From Octopus sinensis (lineage: Eukaryota), in the NCBI RefSeq assembly GCF_006345805.1, contig NC_042999.1, positions 13,144,001 through 13,208,000 of the forward strand: a stretch of DNA of 64,000 nucleotides, in the 5' to 3' direction. The notes beneath the pieces were generated by a model. It was not told where the DNA came from. It saw only the letters and a list, made by a program, of their open reading frames with translations, and made no database searches. The first letter of the stretch is position 1, and each line of letters begins with the position of its first letter. Shown piece by piece: positions 51,561 through 63,770 of this stretch. Position numbers and translations under genes: made by a program.

Positions 51561-52263
51561 AATGTATTTTTATGACAAGGTGTTGAATTCTCTGTGCCTC
51601 AGTTCACCTAAATGTTGGAATTAGGTCACAGATATTCTGGGATTTGATCTCCCGCATATTCTTTAATTCGATGATGACAATTATAAGCTTTATGTGATTT
51701 TGAAACTGTTAAAAAAAAAAAAAATGAAACCCCAAAAGACTCTAGACACTTGAGAAAAAATTACCTGTAAATAAAGTTTCCTCCATGTCCAGCTTGTACT
51801 TTTTAAGTACTTTACCTACCAAACACAAAAAAAAATTATTGATTTGCAAAAAATGTACTCTAAAAATATATTAATATATTTGCTATTAGTTTACAGAACT
51901 AGAGACCAAACTTAAGCAATGACAATTAGTTAATGATTTATTTATTTATTTTCTTTCATATTTTCATTTACCAGATTTTCTGGGTTTCATTCTATTTTAG
52001 TGACCCCTTTCCCCAGTTCTCCAACTCCTCTTCATTAAAGGTTTGCTCCTTCGGATGTTATACCATCTACATACTTAGCCCTTGTTATAAAAACAAACAA
52101 CTACAAAAAAAAAGACAAAACAAAACAAAGTGTAACTTCTGTTATTAAATAATTTAAACCAAAAACTCAGACTTGTTATATTTATCAATTAATTAATTTT
52201 TTTATTGTATTTTATGGAGTAATTTCTTTTGTTTCATATCTGTATGTATTTGCATTTTCTACA

Positions 52264-52652
52264 TCTATATATATAAAGCTGAACTTGTCTGTGTGTGGCA
52301 GGTTTGGTAGCCTTCAACTAACACTATCTCCTCCAAGACCCTGTGGTACAAGTTGACCAAAATTGAGAGTATGATAGAAGAAGGCTTGCTCTTCATTCCA
52401 TAGAAGAAAAAATTCAAATCGGGCCATGTTAAGACCAAAAATTATTTACATCAAAAAGGTGCTTTTTTTCTATAAAAATCCCTATTTTTTACGATATTTT
52501 ACTGCTGTATTGCCATTTTTTGGTGTATTTCAACCAGAAAAATGTTCACTTAAAGAGAATAACAAGCTACATAATGCAAAATTTTTACTTTTCAAAAATT
52601 CCAATTCTAAAGGGTATAAACAAACCCGATCAACACTGGGCTATACTGCTAG
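52264..52652 (+). mobile_element. Non-autonomous Helitron
   Basis: A|TC 5' end, subterminal cccgatcaacactggg hairpin, CTAG|T 3' end, no TSD. Confidence 0.8.
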
Positions 52653-53446
52653 TTTATATATAAATGCAGGTTAATGTGTGTGTGTATACAGGGTGGGCCA
52701 AAAGTCATGAATGCAGTTTGTGCAGCTGCCAGATTATGCACACAGATTGCAATGTGCAGTCAGACTTCTTAACAAGTTTGGTAGGTATTCTATCAGTTTT
52801 TGAGGCTGAACTGCTCGGTTACGGGGCATAGACCAACTAACACCAATTGCCAAGTAGTGATGTTGGCACAAATTCAGGCTGAAAGGGAGACACGTATGTG
52901 CATGCACACACACATATATGCACATGCACACAACACACACATGTGCATACGCACACACACTCAGACATTACGCACACCTCACACACACACACAAGATTTC
53001 ACACTGCTTCTGTCTCTGAAATTCACTCAGATAACATTGGTCAACCCAAAGCTATAGTAGAACATATTTCCCTAAGATGCTGTATAGTAGAACTGAACCA
53101 AAAACCATGTGGTTGCAAAGCAGTGTTTCACACTAAGGTGCCTTTCCTGATGCCAACCTTTCTAATCATGTCTTCAAACATACAGGGATTTTGTGTTTCT
53201 ATTTTAAAACTGCTACACAATGTATTCTTTTATTCTCTTACTTGTTTCAGTCATTTGACTGCGACCATGCTGGAGCACTGCTTTTAGTCGAACGAATCAA
53301 TGCCAGGACTTATTCTTTGCAAGCCTAGTACTTATTATATCAGTCTCTTTTGCTGAACTGCTATCTTCTGGGAAGGTAAACACACCAATTGGTTGCCAAG
53401 CGATGGTGGAGGGACAGACACACACACACACATATATATATATATA

Positions 53447-54386
53447 TCATCATCATCATCATCATCGTTTAGCGTCCGTTTTCCATGCTAGCATGGGTTG
53501 GACGGTTCTACTGGGGTCTGTGAAGCCAGAAGGCTTCATCAGGCCCAGTCAAATCTGGCAGTGTTTCTACGGCTGGATGCCCTTCCTAACGCCAACCACT
53601 CCGTGAGTGTAGTGGGTGCTTTTTACGTGCCACCCGCACAGGTGCCAGACAGAGCTGGCAAACGGCCACGAACGGATGGTGCTTTTTATGTGCCACCGGC
53701 ACAAGGGCCAGGCGAGGCTGGCAACGGACACGAAACAGAAGGTTCTCTTACATGCCACCGGCACTGGTAACACATCTGCAATTTCCATTGATCGATTTCC
53801 ATTCTGATCCTCACTTGCCTCAACGGGTCTTCACAAGTAGAGTTTCGACATGCCACCGGCACTGGTAACACATCTGCAATTTCCATTGATCGATTTCCAT
53901 TCTGATCCTCACTTGCCTCAACGGGTCTTCACAAGTAGAGTTTCGACATGCCACCGGCACTGGTAACACATCTGCAATTTCCATTGATCGATTTCCATTC
54001 TGATCCTCACTTGCCTCAACAGGTAGAGTTTTGTGTCCCAAGAAGGGAAGGTATACATACGTAGGCTGGCTCCATCCCAAGTAGAAGGCCACGGATTATG
54101 GACTCACTTGTCCTGCCGGGTCTTCTCGCGCACAGCACACTTCCAGAGGACTCGGTCTCTAGTCATTTCCTCAGTGAGACCTCAAGTTCGAAGGTCGTGC
54201 TTCACCACCTCGTCCCAGGTTTTCCTGGGTCTGCCTCTTCCACAGGTTCCCTCAACCGCTAGGGTGTGGCACTTTTTCACACAACTATCTTCATCCATTC
54301 TCGCCACATGACCATACCAGCGCAATCGTCTCTCTTGCACACCACAACTGATGCTTCTTAGGTCCAGCTTTTCTCTCAAGGTACTT
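53447..54386 (-). mobile_element. 5'-truncated RTE-clade LINE (ORF2 end + 3' UTR + (GAT)n); contains a 98 bp tandem triplication
   Basis: Units start at 53751, 53849, 53947. Confidence 0.9.
54104..54386 (-). pseudogene. RTE-clade ORF2 C-terminal fragment with in-frame stop
   Basis: STLREKLDLRSISCGVQERRLRWYGHVARMDEDSCVKKCHTLAVEGTCGRGRPRKTWDEVVKHDLRT*GLTEEMTRDRVLWKCAVREKTRQDK*; the RRLRWYGHV and GRGRPRKTW motifs are typical of the RTE ORF2 C-terminus. Confidence 0.9.
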
Positions 54387-54404
54387 ATATATATATATAT
54401 ATAT

Positions 54405-54668
54405 CTCGTCTGGCACCTGTGTCGGTGGCACATAAGAAAACACCATCCGAGCGTGGCCGTCTACCAGCCTCGTCTGGCACCTGTGTCGGTGGCACATAAA
54501 ATCAACCACTACACTCTCGGAGTGGTTGGCGTTAGGAAGGGCATCCAGCTGTAGAAACACTGCCAGATCTGACTGGCCTGGTGCAGCCTTCGGGCTTGCC
54601 AGACCCCAGTTGAACCGTCCAACCCATGCTAGCATGGAAAGCGGACGTTAAACGATGATGATGATGAT
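54405..54668 (+). mobile_element. RTE-clade LINE 3' end, opposite orientation to the adjacent copy
   Basis: ...ggacgttaaacgatgatgatgatgat. Confidence 0.88.
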
Positions 54669-55018
54669 ATGTATGACAGGTTTCTTTCAGTTTCCATCTA
54701 CCAAATCCACTTGCAAGGCTTTGGGCGGCCCGAGGTTATAGTAGAAGACTATAGCCCAAGGTGCCACACTGTGGGACTGAACCCAGAACCATGTGGTTGG
54801 GAAGCAAGCTTCTTACCACATGGCCAGGGTAATGTAACAAACAAAAAAATTGCAGAATCTCATAATGTTATTTCACAGTTTGGTTTCAAATCCTGATGGA
54901 GCACACTATGTGTTGCATTCTTCCTGGGTTGATATAATTGACTAGACTTTCTCTCCTAAATTTGTACCAATCTTTGAAATTATTGGACTCTGATAGAGAT
55001 AAGCACCTCCACTCAGTA

Positions 55019-55061
55019 TCCAGAGACTAGTTTCAGAGTAATTGCTCATCATCAGTCTGAA
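55019..55061 (-). ncRNA. Minimal type I hammerhead motif
   Basis: ttcaga-CTGATGA-t gag caatta ctc t-GAAA-c ta g-TC-tctgga; 6 bp stem I; palindromic ACTAGT stem III; GUC triplet. Confidence 0.65.
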
Positions 55062-55098
55062 GTAGCATAGCTTGCTAGTTGTCAATGCTTGTTCACCT

Positions 55099-55135
55099 TT
55101 GATGATGAACCATGACTCTGAAACTAGTCTCTGGA
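55099..55135 (+). ncRNA. Degenerate inverted sister of the 55019-55061 hammerhead (C3>U)
   Basis: TTGATGA-tgaaccatgactct-GAAACTAGTC-tctgga; part of inverted repeat 54996-55158. Confidence 0.45.
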
Positions 55136-55346
55136 TGCTGGGTGAAGGTGCTTATCTCCCCCTTTGAAAGCATAAGGACACAGAAAATGTGTCAAGGCCA
55201 ACTGGAAACGATGTTTCCTAGGGCTAAATAACAGTAGCATTCTTCCCTTTCATGGGACTGTCACATTAAGTTGGCAACAAACCCGCACTTTATCGTGCTG
55301 CTACTGTATAAATCTCTCTGAGAAATTTAGAAATACAATATTTGTA

Positions 55347-55683
55347 TGGAGGAGGAAGCACTCCGTCGGTTACGACGACGAGGGTTCCGGTTGATCCGAT
55401 CAACGGAACAACCTGCTTGTGAAATTAACGTGTAAGTGGCTGAGCACTCCACAGACACGTGTACCCTTAACGTAGTTCTCGGGGATATTCAGCGTGACAC
55501 AGGTACAAATACAGGTACAACAGAAACAGGAAGTAAGAGTGAGAGAAAGTTGTGGTGAAAGAGTACAGCAGGGATCACCACCATCCCTGCTAATAAACAC
55601 TCACAACGCCCGGTCTTGGGACTCGAAACCGCGATCCTACGACCGCGAGTCTGCTGCCCTAACCACTGGGCCATTGCGCCTCC
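55347..55683 (-). mobile_element. SINE-C with internal deletion
   Basis: 11 bp TSD acaatatttgt at 55336-55346 and 55684-55694. Confidence 0.88.
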
Positions 55684-56189
55684 ACAATATTTGTTTGACC
55701 TTTTGTCTAAATAAAACAGGAAGCAGATAATGTCTGATGATGTAACAGCTTGGTCTTAACAAGCTGTTGCTTCTTCTGTGTAAGAATGGGGTGGAATAGA
55801 AGTTATATGTTGGAATTAGCTTAGACAAGATATAATTTACCTTTAAGATTTAAACAAATATCTGTATTAAGGTGATTGTGGTGTGAGTGGCATGGGGTGG
55901 AGTGTCGATGATGATGATCATCATCATTCCTTCATTTTAGGATTCACTTTTTGATGCTTGCATGGGTCGGATGGAATGTATTGAAGTGGATTTTTCTATG
56001 GTTGGATGCTCTTTCTATCATCAACCCTCCCTTGTTTCCAAACAAGGGAATATTTCCCCATGGCTGGACATGTTTTCTTGCAGAAAATTGGAAGCAAAGG
56101 ATGCTGCTTGTATCATGGAGAAAATTGTTTACAAACTATCACAAACACATATATATATATATTATCTATGTATATATGTTGATTATATA

Positions 56190-57078
56190 TGTGTGGTCCG
56201 ATCAATAAGTATTCGGACTGTTGCCATAGTAACGAAGTTAAAGCACACAGAGTAAAGCCGCTTGGCACAGATTGGCCTCTAACACTGCTTTGCATGTGCA
56301 CTAAGTTATACCGTTCTAGCTCACATCTGCTATTTACAGCAGTGCTTGGAAGGAACGTGTATAACGTGTGATTGTCTCATTGACCATGACAGAGAAAGTT
56401 GAGCAGAGAATCTGCATCAAATTTTGTGAAAAGCCTGGCGATACCTGCTCAGAGGCCTACACAAAGTTTTCAAGAAGTTTTATCATTCTTGATACAATTA
56501 AGGAGATCTTATGCAACTGAAACCTGAGTGTCTTTGGTCAACTGAAAGCAGTTTTAGCACAAACTTGGCAGACACGTGTCTCATACCCAAATCTTCAGTG
56601 ATAAGGGACTGAACTGAACCGTAACTAATCTGCACATCCCCTGATAACTCACGGATAGTGATTCGACGATTTCTTCTCACATATGCGATGTTTTTTCACT
56701 TCTGCTGTTTGTGGGTCTCCTAGATCGGTCGTTTATTTCGGCATTTTTTCAGCCATCTTGGAAACGCCTGAACCACTCATACTCTTGTGTGCGGCTCATA
56801 CACTCCTCTCCATACACTTTCTGCAACTTTGCGTAGGCCTTTGAGCAGGCATCACCATGACAACTTTCTCTCTCATGGTCAATGCGACGATCACACGCCA
56901 CACACCTACACGCCTTCCTTTGAAGCACTGCTATAAACAGCAGAAGTGAGCTAGAACGTTCAAACTTAGTGTGCATGCGCAGCAGAGATCAAGGTCAATC
57001 TGTGCCAAGCGGCTTCACTCTACGTCCTTTAACTTTATTACTATGGCAACAGTCCGGATAATTATTGATGAGACTTCG
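56190..57078. mobile_element. Mariner-family foldback made of two inverted 5' ends with transposase N-terminal remnants
   Basis: + arm MTEKVEQRICIKFCEKPG (ATG 56386); - arm ...KLQKVYGEECMSRTQEYEWFRRFQDG and RRNRRITIRELSGDVQISYGSVQSLITEDLGMRHVSAKFV; shared terminal motif ATCAATAA-TAT-CGGACTGTTGCCATAGTAA. Confidence 0.88.
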
Positions 57079-57520
57079 TTGATATGATATAATATAAATT
57101 GGACATGGGCGATCGTTGTATTCTTTCTTGTCTTGAGGTTCACAGCCAAACGGCTGGGTGGATTCGCATGAAAAATGGCACACATGTGGAAACAAGTGCA
57201 TAGATTGGAATGCGGTATTTTTTCTTAGCCTCCCATACTTACCGAGAAAATTGATTAAAACTTTTCTAATGGAATTGCCCTGTTTGTTCCGCCATTAAAA
57301 CAACTACCTGCTCACACAGCCGGCATATACCATTTCGCTAGCAACAAGGGGAGGCATTAGAGCTCGATGTAGGCCCAAGGCTCGTCAATTCATATCGAAC
57401 TGTCCAACCCATGCCAGTACGGAAACAGAGACGTTAAATAGTGATGAGTGTATCACAATACAATGAATATTGCTTAAAAAGCGTAAACATTTACGTGTGT
57501 GTATGTGTGCATATAATGTG

Positions 57521-57822
57521 GTGGTACACCGACGATTACGAGGACGTGGGTTCGAGTTGATCCGATCAACAGAACAGCCTGCTCGTGTGCTTAACATGCA
57601 AGTGGCTGAGCACTCTACAGACTTGTGTACCCTTAATATAGTTTTCAGGGAGATTCAGTGTGACAGAATGTGACAAGACCAGCCCTTTGAAGTATAGGTA
57701 CAGTTCAGTTTTGCCAGCTGAGTGGACTGGAGCAATGTGAAATAAAGAGTGTTGCTCAGTGACACATCGCTCCGCCGGGAGTCGAACTCACGACCTTGCA
57801 ATCGTGAGCCGTTTACCCTAAC
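57521..57822 (-). mobile_element. tRNA/CORE-like headed SINE with C-type tail
   Basis: Colinear with 12698-13016. Confidence 0.75.
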
Positions 57823-58229
57823 ATATAATGTATGCATGTGTGTATATTCATGTTTATTTATTTCTCACTGATTTGCGACTGTAGTCTTTTTACAGCACTG
57901 TAATCTAACAGATCGGTAGGAAGAGGCCCGATGTAGTAAGTATATCAGACTTGAAAATAGATACCAGAGTAGATATGGTCAACGAAACCCTCCAGGCCGG
58001 CGCCTCAGCGTGGTCGGAGTTCATTGACACGAAACAAGTAAACAAATAAACGAATACAAGATTTATCTGAGATAATAAGGGCCAAGTTGACGTCAGACGT
58101 ATAGTTTACGTTTTGTATTGTCAAACAAAAATAGGAGTGGACTAAATAGCTGGCGAGGCTATGCGATATTTCTTTAAAAACAAACGTGGAATATGAATGG
58201 TCTGTTAATGACTACAACCAGTGACATAC

Positions 58230-58271
<42 letters not shown>

Positions 58272-58754
58272 CGCGGGTGAGAAAGTGAGGGAAGGACAGC
58301 GACAGACCAAGAATCAAAATATACAAGGAAAGAAAAAGTGGGAGAGAGAGAGGAGGTATAAGGGAAAGAAAGGAAAGGGAGGGAGAAGAAAAAAGTAGGG
58401 TCGAAGGAACCCAAATTCAAGATAAAACACGAAATGCTTCATTAATTTTAACGCCACTGATTAGATGTTAACCAAATGAATATTATCTAAGAAGCATAAT
58501 TCTGCTGAGGTCGATGTTATGTAAGACTCACAGAAAAACTGTGAGAGATTTATTATGGTAAATTACATAGATTTCCAAACAAGAGGTTTCGCGTCGTATA
58601 ATTTATTGACAGTTCTGTGTTTGATTTTAAGGTAACACCTTAAGAGAAAGAGCCATGGCTGCCTACCAGGTCTCGTTATTCCTCTAAATTTCTGTGTGAG
58701 ACCACGAGATTTACCTGATAGTTTGATAATCGTTTGTAAATATTAATAACATAT

Positions 58755-59168
58755 AAGGCGGCGAGCTGCTAGAAACGTTAGCACGCCGGGCGAAATGCCT
58801 AGCGGTATTTCGTCTACCGCTACGTTCTGAGTTCAAATTCCGCCGAGGTCGACTTGGCCTTTCATCCTTTCGGGGTCGATTAAATAAGTACCAGTTACAC
58901 ACTGTGGTCGATGTAATCGACTTAATCCGTTTGTCTGTCCTTGTTTGTCCCCTCTGTGTTTAGCCCCTTGTGGATAGTAAAGAAAAAGGTATTTCGTCTG
59001 TCGTTACGTTCTGAGTTCAAAGTCCGCCGAGGTCGACTTTGCCTTTCATCCTTTCGGGGTCGATTAAATAAGTACCAGTTACACACTGGGTCGATGTAAT
59101 CGGCTTAATCCGTTTGTATGTCCTTGTTTGTCCCCTCTGTGTTTAGCCCCTTGTGGGTAGTAAAGAAA
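58755..59168 (+). mobile_element. SINE-A dimer
   Basis: Units at 58804 and 58988; TSD taaatattaataaca at 58737-58751 and 59169-59183. Confidence 0.9.
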
Positions 59169-59418
59169 TAAATATTAATAACACATGGCTCAAGATTATT
59201 AAGTTGTACAGAGTTATAGGACGAATAATAAAGAACGGTTTTAAGATACAAATCGGTAACTTAAATGCAACTATCACAGTCCACTTTGTCTTTCATCCTT
59301 TCGAGCTCGACAAAATAAGTACCAGTTGAGCGCTGGGGTTGATCGCACAACTAAAATTGCTGGCTTTGAGCCAAAATTTGAAACCAATATTATCTAAGAG
59401 GCATAAGGTCAATTTTGG

Positions 59419-59640
59419 GGCACTACTTGAATACAGAGGTCCCGCTTAAATGCAGAGGTCCCGCTTAAATGCAGAGGTCCCGCTTAAATGCAGAGGTCCC
59501 GATGCATCTACGTAACGTTATGTTTTCACAGTGCACACTCGTTATGGTTGGTTTTAAGGTTAGTTTTTGGGGTTAGAGTTAGGATTAGGGTTAGTTTTTA
59601 GGGTTAAGGTTACGAAGATGCGGGACCTTTAAGTAGTACC
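59419..59640. mobile_element. MITE with GG termini, ~8 bp TSD, 19 bp subterminal tandem and TTAGGG-like interior
   Basis: GGCACTACTTGAA...TTAAGTAGTACC; flanks aattttgg / aatttttg; cagaggtcccgcttaaatg at 59434, 59453, 59472 and partly at 59491. Confidence 0.7.
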
Positions 59641-59873
59641 AATTTTTGTTGGGACTCTTGTAGCTGAGTGATTTAACTCTAGTTTTAATAAAGTTTTCTG
59701 GTTTATCACAAGGTTAGTTATTTTAAGAGGAGGGGGATTTGTCGATATTATCGATCCCAGTACTTTTGACTCGTTCTTCATTTTATCGATCCCTGAGAGG
59801 ACGAAATGCAAAGTTGATCACGGTAGAATCTGAACTCAGAACATAAAGAGCCAGAAGAAATACCGCAAGACAT

Positions 59874-60400
59874 AGGCGTAGGAGTGGCTGTGTGGTAAGG
59901 AGCTTGCTTACGAACCACATGGTTCCGGGTTCAGTCCCACTGCGTGGCACCTTGGGCAAGTGTCTTCTACTAAAGCCTTGTGAGTGGATTTGGTAGAGGG
60001 AAACTGAAAGAAACCCGTCGTGTATGCGTATATATATATATATGTATAATAAATATTAGGGAATAAATCCAAATTTACAGGGAAAAAATGTATTGGATTA
60101 AGTCTTTCTTTGTTTGATTTGCATAATAGTGGTTTTGTCTCTAATTAATATTATATATATATGTATATATATGTACGTGTGTGTGTATACGTTTGTGTGT
60201 CTTTGTCCCCCCACCGTTGCTTGACAACCGATGCTGGTGTGTTTATGTCCCTGTAACTTAGCGGTTCGGCAAAAGGGAACGATAGAATAAGTACTAAGCT
60301 TACAAAGAATAAGTCCTGGTGTCGATTTTCTCGACTAAATGCGGTGCTCCAGCATGGCCACAGTCAAATGACTGAAACAAGTTAAAGAGTTAAAGAGTAA
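59874..60400 (+). mobile_element. SINE-B nested in a degenerate minus-strand SINE-A
   Basis: aagacat repeated at 59867-59873 and 60399-60405. Confidence 0.8.
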
Positions 60401-60981
60401 GACATTATATACTGACGCTCTAACGATTCAGCCAATTGTTTCAAATTTCGGAAGAAGGCCAGTAATTTTGAGGGAAGGGGATTTGTCGATATCGTCATTC
60501 ACGATATATTATTGACTCCAGAGAGATGAACGGCAAGGATTTGAACTCAAAACGTAACTTTAGTTGTAGTAATGTTGTTCATTTTATTGATCTTAGAGGA
60601 ATGATAGGTCGGATTTGAAATCGTAACCTGGGAAAAGGAATTTAAAAGACTGCTGTTCATTTAATTTGGTATTCTACCATCTCAGCCACCTTTAGCGCTT
60701 CCGCCGGAGTAACGTGAGACGACTGCCGCCACGAAGTCTAAGAATACAATATCATAGAGAAAAGAAGAAATGTTACCTTTAAATTCTCTTGTCACCTTTA
60801 AAACTGATTTGATCTCTATTTCTTTGCAATGAAAAGAGAACCAGAAGAACCAGAAGAAATGCTGTTAAACATTTTCTTCGACGACACAACGATTTTTCCT
60901 GTTCGCCGTCTTAATACAATATAGATTAACTATAGTTTGTCATTAAAATTTCAATGCTGAAGTCGCGTAGAGAAAGAAAAT

Positions 60982-61337
60982 AGATCTTTTCACTTTGACC
61001 GGCAGATTTTTAAAATAATTTCTTTGTTACTAAACACTTTTAAACTTCGTATACTGGTAGTGTGTTACATAAAACATCTTTTTCTCTTGGCTTTCTTCAG
61101 AAAATGTTGTTGACAAAATGCGGCAGATATTGTATTCACCTCAATAGACGTCATTGATTGGTTGAAATTGCCGAAATGCAAGAAATTAAACAACAAATAG
61201 CTAACAAACTACAGAAGTTTCTTAAGAAAGCCAAGAGAAAAGGATGTTTTATGTAACACACTACCAGTATACGAAGTTTAAAAGTGTTTAGTTACAAAGA
61301 AATTATTTTAAAAATCTGCCGGTCAGTGAAAAGATCC
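60982..61337. mobile_element. Foldback MITE related to 5023-5454, ~115 bp inverted arms
   Basis: (A/G)GATCTTTTCA...TGAAAAGATCC; flanks aagaaaat (60974-60981) / gagaaaat (61338-61345). Confidence 0.85.
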
Positions 61338-61544
61338 GAGAAAATGATAGATTAAAAAAAAATATCTCCTAACACAAAAACAATAAGATGTGAATATCGA
61401 TCCGGATGTATAAAACTAAGGGATGATTGCTTATGCAAATGAGTTTGTCGGGTGATTGTGATTGTCTGTTGCGTGTAAAATGATAAACACTGACAAACAA
61501 TTAGCAGAAGCTTCATCTGCGGCACACGGTATTTTCTCTGTTGG

Positions 61545-61946
61545 AAGGCGGTGAGAGGGCAGAAACGTTAGGACGCCGGACGGAATGCGTAGCGGTATTT
61601 CGTCTGTCTTTACGTTCTGAGTTCAAATTCCGCTGAGGTCGACTTTGCCTTTCATCCTTTCGGGGTCGATTAAATAAGTACCAGTTACGCACTGGGATCG
61701 ATATAACCGACTTAATCCCTTTGTCTGTCCTTGCTTGTCCTCTCTGTGTTTAGCTCCTTGTGGGTAGTAAAGAAATAGTATTTCGTCTGTCTTTACGTTC
61801 TGAGTTCAAATTCCGCTGAGGTAGACTTTGCCTTTCATCCTTTCGGGGTCGATTAAATAAGTACTAGTTACCCACTGGGGTCGATATAATCGACTTAATC
61901 CGTTTGTCTGTCCTTATGTGTCCCCTCTGTGTTTAGTAAAGAAATA
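61545..61946 (+). mobile_element. SINE-A dimer
   Basis: Units at 61594 and 61778; 17 bp TSD ggtattttctctgttgg at 61528-61544 and 61947-61963. Confidence 0.9.
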
Positions 61947-62814
61947 GGTATTTTCTCTGTTGGTCATGGTACGAAGAATAGAAACAACAATTTATATATA
62001 CTGGGAGTAACGAACTCTGGGGTCTACGACAAAATAAATGGTATGTATCGACTTGTCACTTGGCCGTCACAACTGGGGAAATATCGTTCCAAATTCATGA
62101 TGTATGTTCAATCTGCATGGCTGGCGAATGAAAGAACCGAGATGGAAGTTGTTACAGCAACTGTCTTAACATTCTGAAGCTACCCTTCCAAAACCCGCCT
62201 TTTATGACTCATTAGAAGGTTCTAGAAGGTTGAATCAGGTAATGGCTCGACGCTGATTGATCGGTTAATCGGTGGACCACGTGAAACTACAGTAATCTCA
62301 ACATGACATTCGCACAGCTGTCCAGCGATTCGGTTTCGAATCTGCTATAAGTTCACAGTTAAATAAAAATACAAACGAGCAGTTTGGGCGCAGCTTGTGT
62401 GTAAGATGTAACCAAAATTTTCTATAAACTGAAAAAGGGGATATGATTGCTGTAATGGAAGTTTACAAATACACACACACACACACATACACACCCATAC
62501 AAACATACAAACACACATGCATATATACATGCATACATACATTTAGCTATATATAGACGAATGTATGTTGTGTGTTTATATGAACTTATTAATATATATA
62601 TATATATAAATATATATATATAATGTATGTGTGTGTTTGTATGTAGATACAGGTATCTATATAAATATACAAATATACATACATGCATAAATACATACAT
62701 ACGTAAATATATACACACATCCATACAAGCACACATGCATAAACGCTCATACACACATACATATACAAACACATACACATATGAACACATACACATGTAT
62801 ATATACATACACAC

Positions 62815-63770
62815 AGATACATACATACATACATACATTCATACATACATTCATACATACATACATACATACCTACATACATACATACATACGTACATAC
62901 ATACATACATACATACATACATACATACATTCATACATACATACATACATACATACATACATACATACATACGTACATACATACGTACATACATACATAC
63001 ATACATTCATACATACATTCATACATACATACATACATACATACATACATACATACATACGTACATACATACATACATACATGCATACATACATACATAC
63101 ATACATTCATACATACATTCATACATACATTCATACATACATACATACATACATACATACATACATACATACATACATACATACATACATACATACGTAC
63201 ATACATACATACATACATACATTCATACATACATTCATACATACATACATACATACATACATACATACATACGTACATACATACATACATACATACATAC
63301 ATACATTCATACATACATTCATACATACATACATACATACATACATACATACATACATACATACATACATACATACATACACACATACATACATACATAC
63401 ACACATACATACATACATACATACGTACATACATACATACATACATACATACATACATACATACATACATACATACACACATACATACATACATACACAC
63501 ATACATACATACATACGTACATACATACATACATACATACACATATACATACATACATACATACATACACACATACATACATACATGCATACATACATAC
63601 ATACATACATTCATACATACATTCATACATACATACATACATACGTACATACATACATACATACATACATACATACATACATACATACATACATACACAC
63701 ATACATACATACATACGTACATACATACATACATACATACATACATACGTACATACATACATACATACAT
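62815..63770. repeat. ~950 bp (TACA)n tetranucleotide microsatellite with TTCA/CACA/CGTA variants
   Basis: Direct inspection. Confidence 0.97.

Larger units (their letters stand above)
53228..54825 (-). mobile_element. SINE-B split at its internal (TA)n by two LINE insertions
   Basis: 3' half at 53228-53446, 5' half at 54669-54825. Confidence 0.8.

Noticed and set aside
55733-55775. Hammerhead (CTGATGA followed by the hairpin aacagcttg/caagctgtt)
   Set aside because: No GAAA after the hairpin.
59560-59612. Interstitial telomere (also 5320-5352)
   Set aside because: Short, degenerate TTAGGG-like runs lying inside TIR-bounded MITEs.
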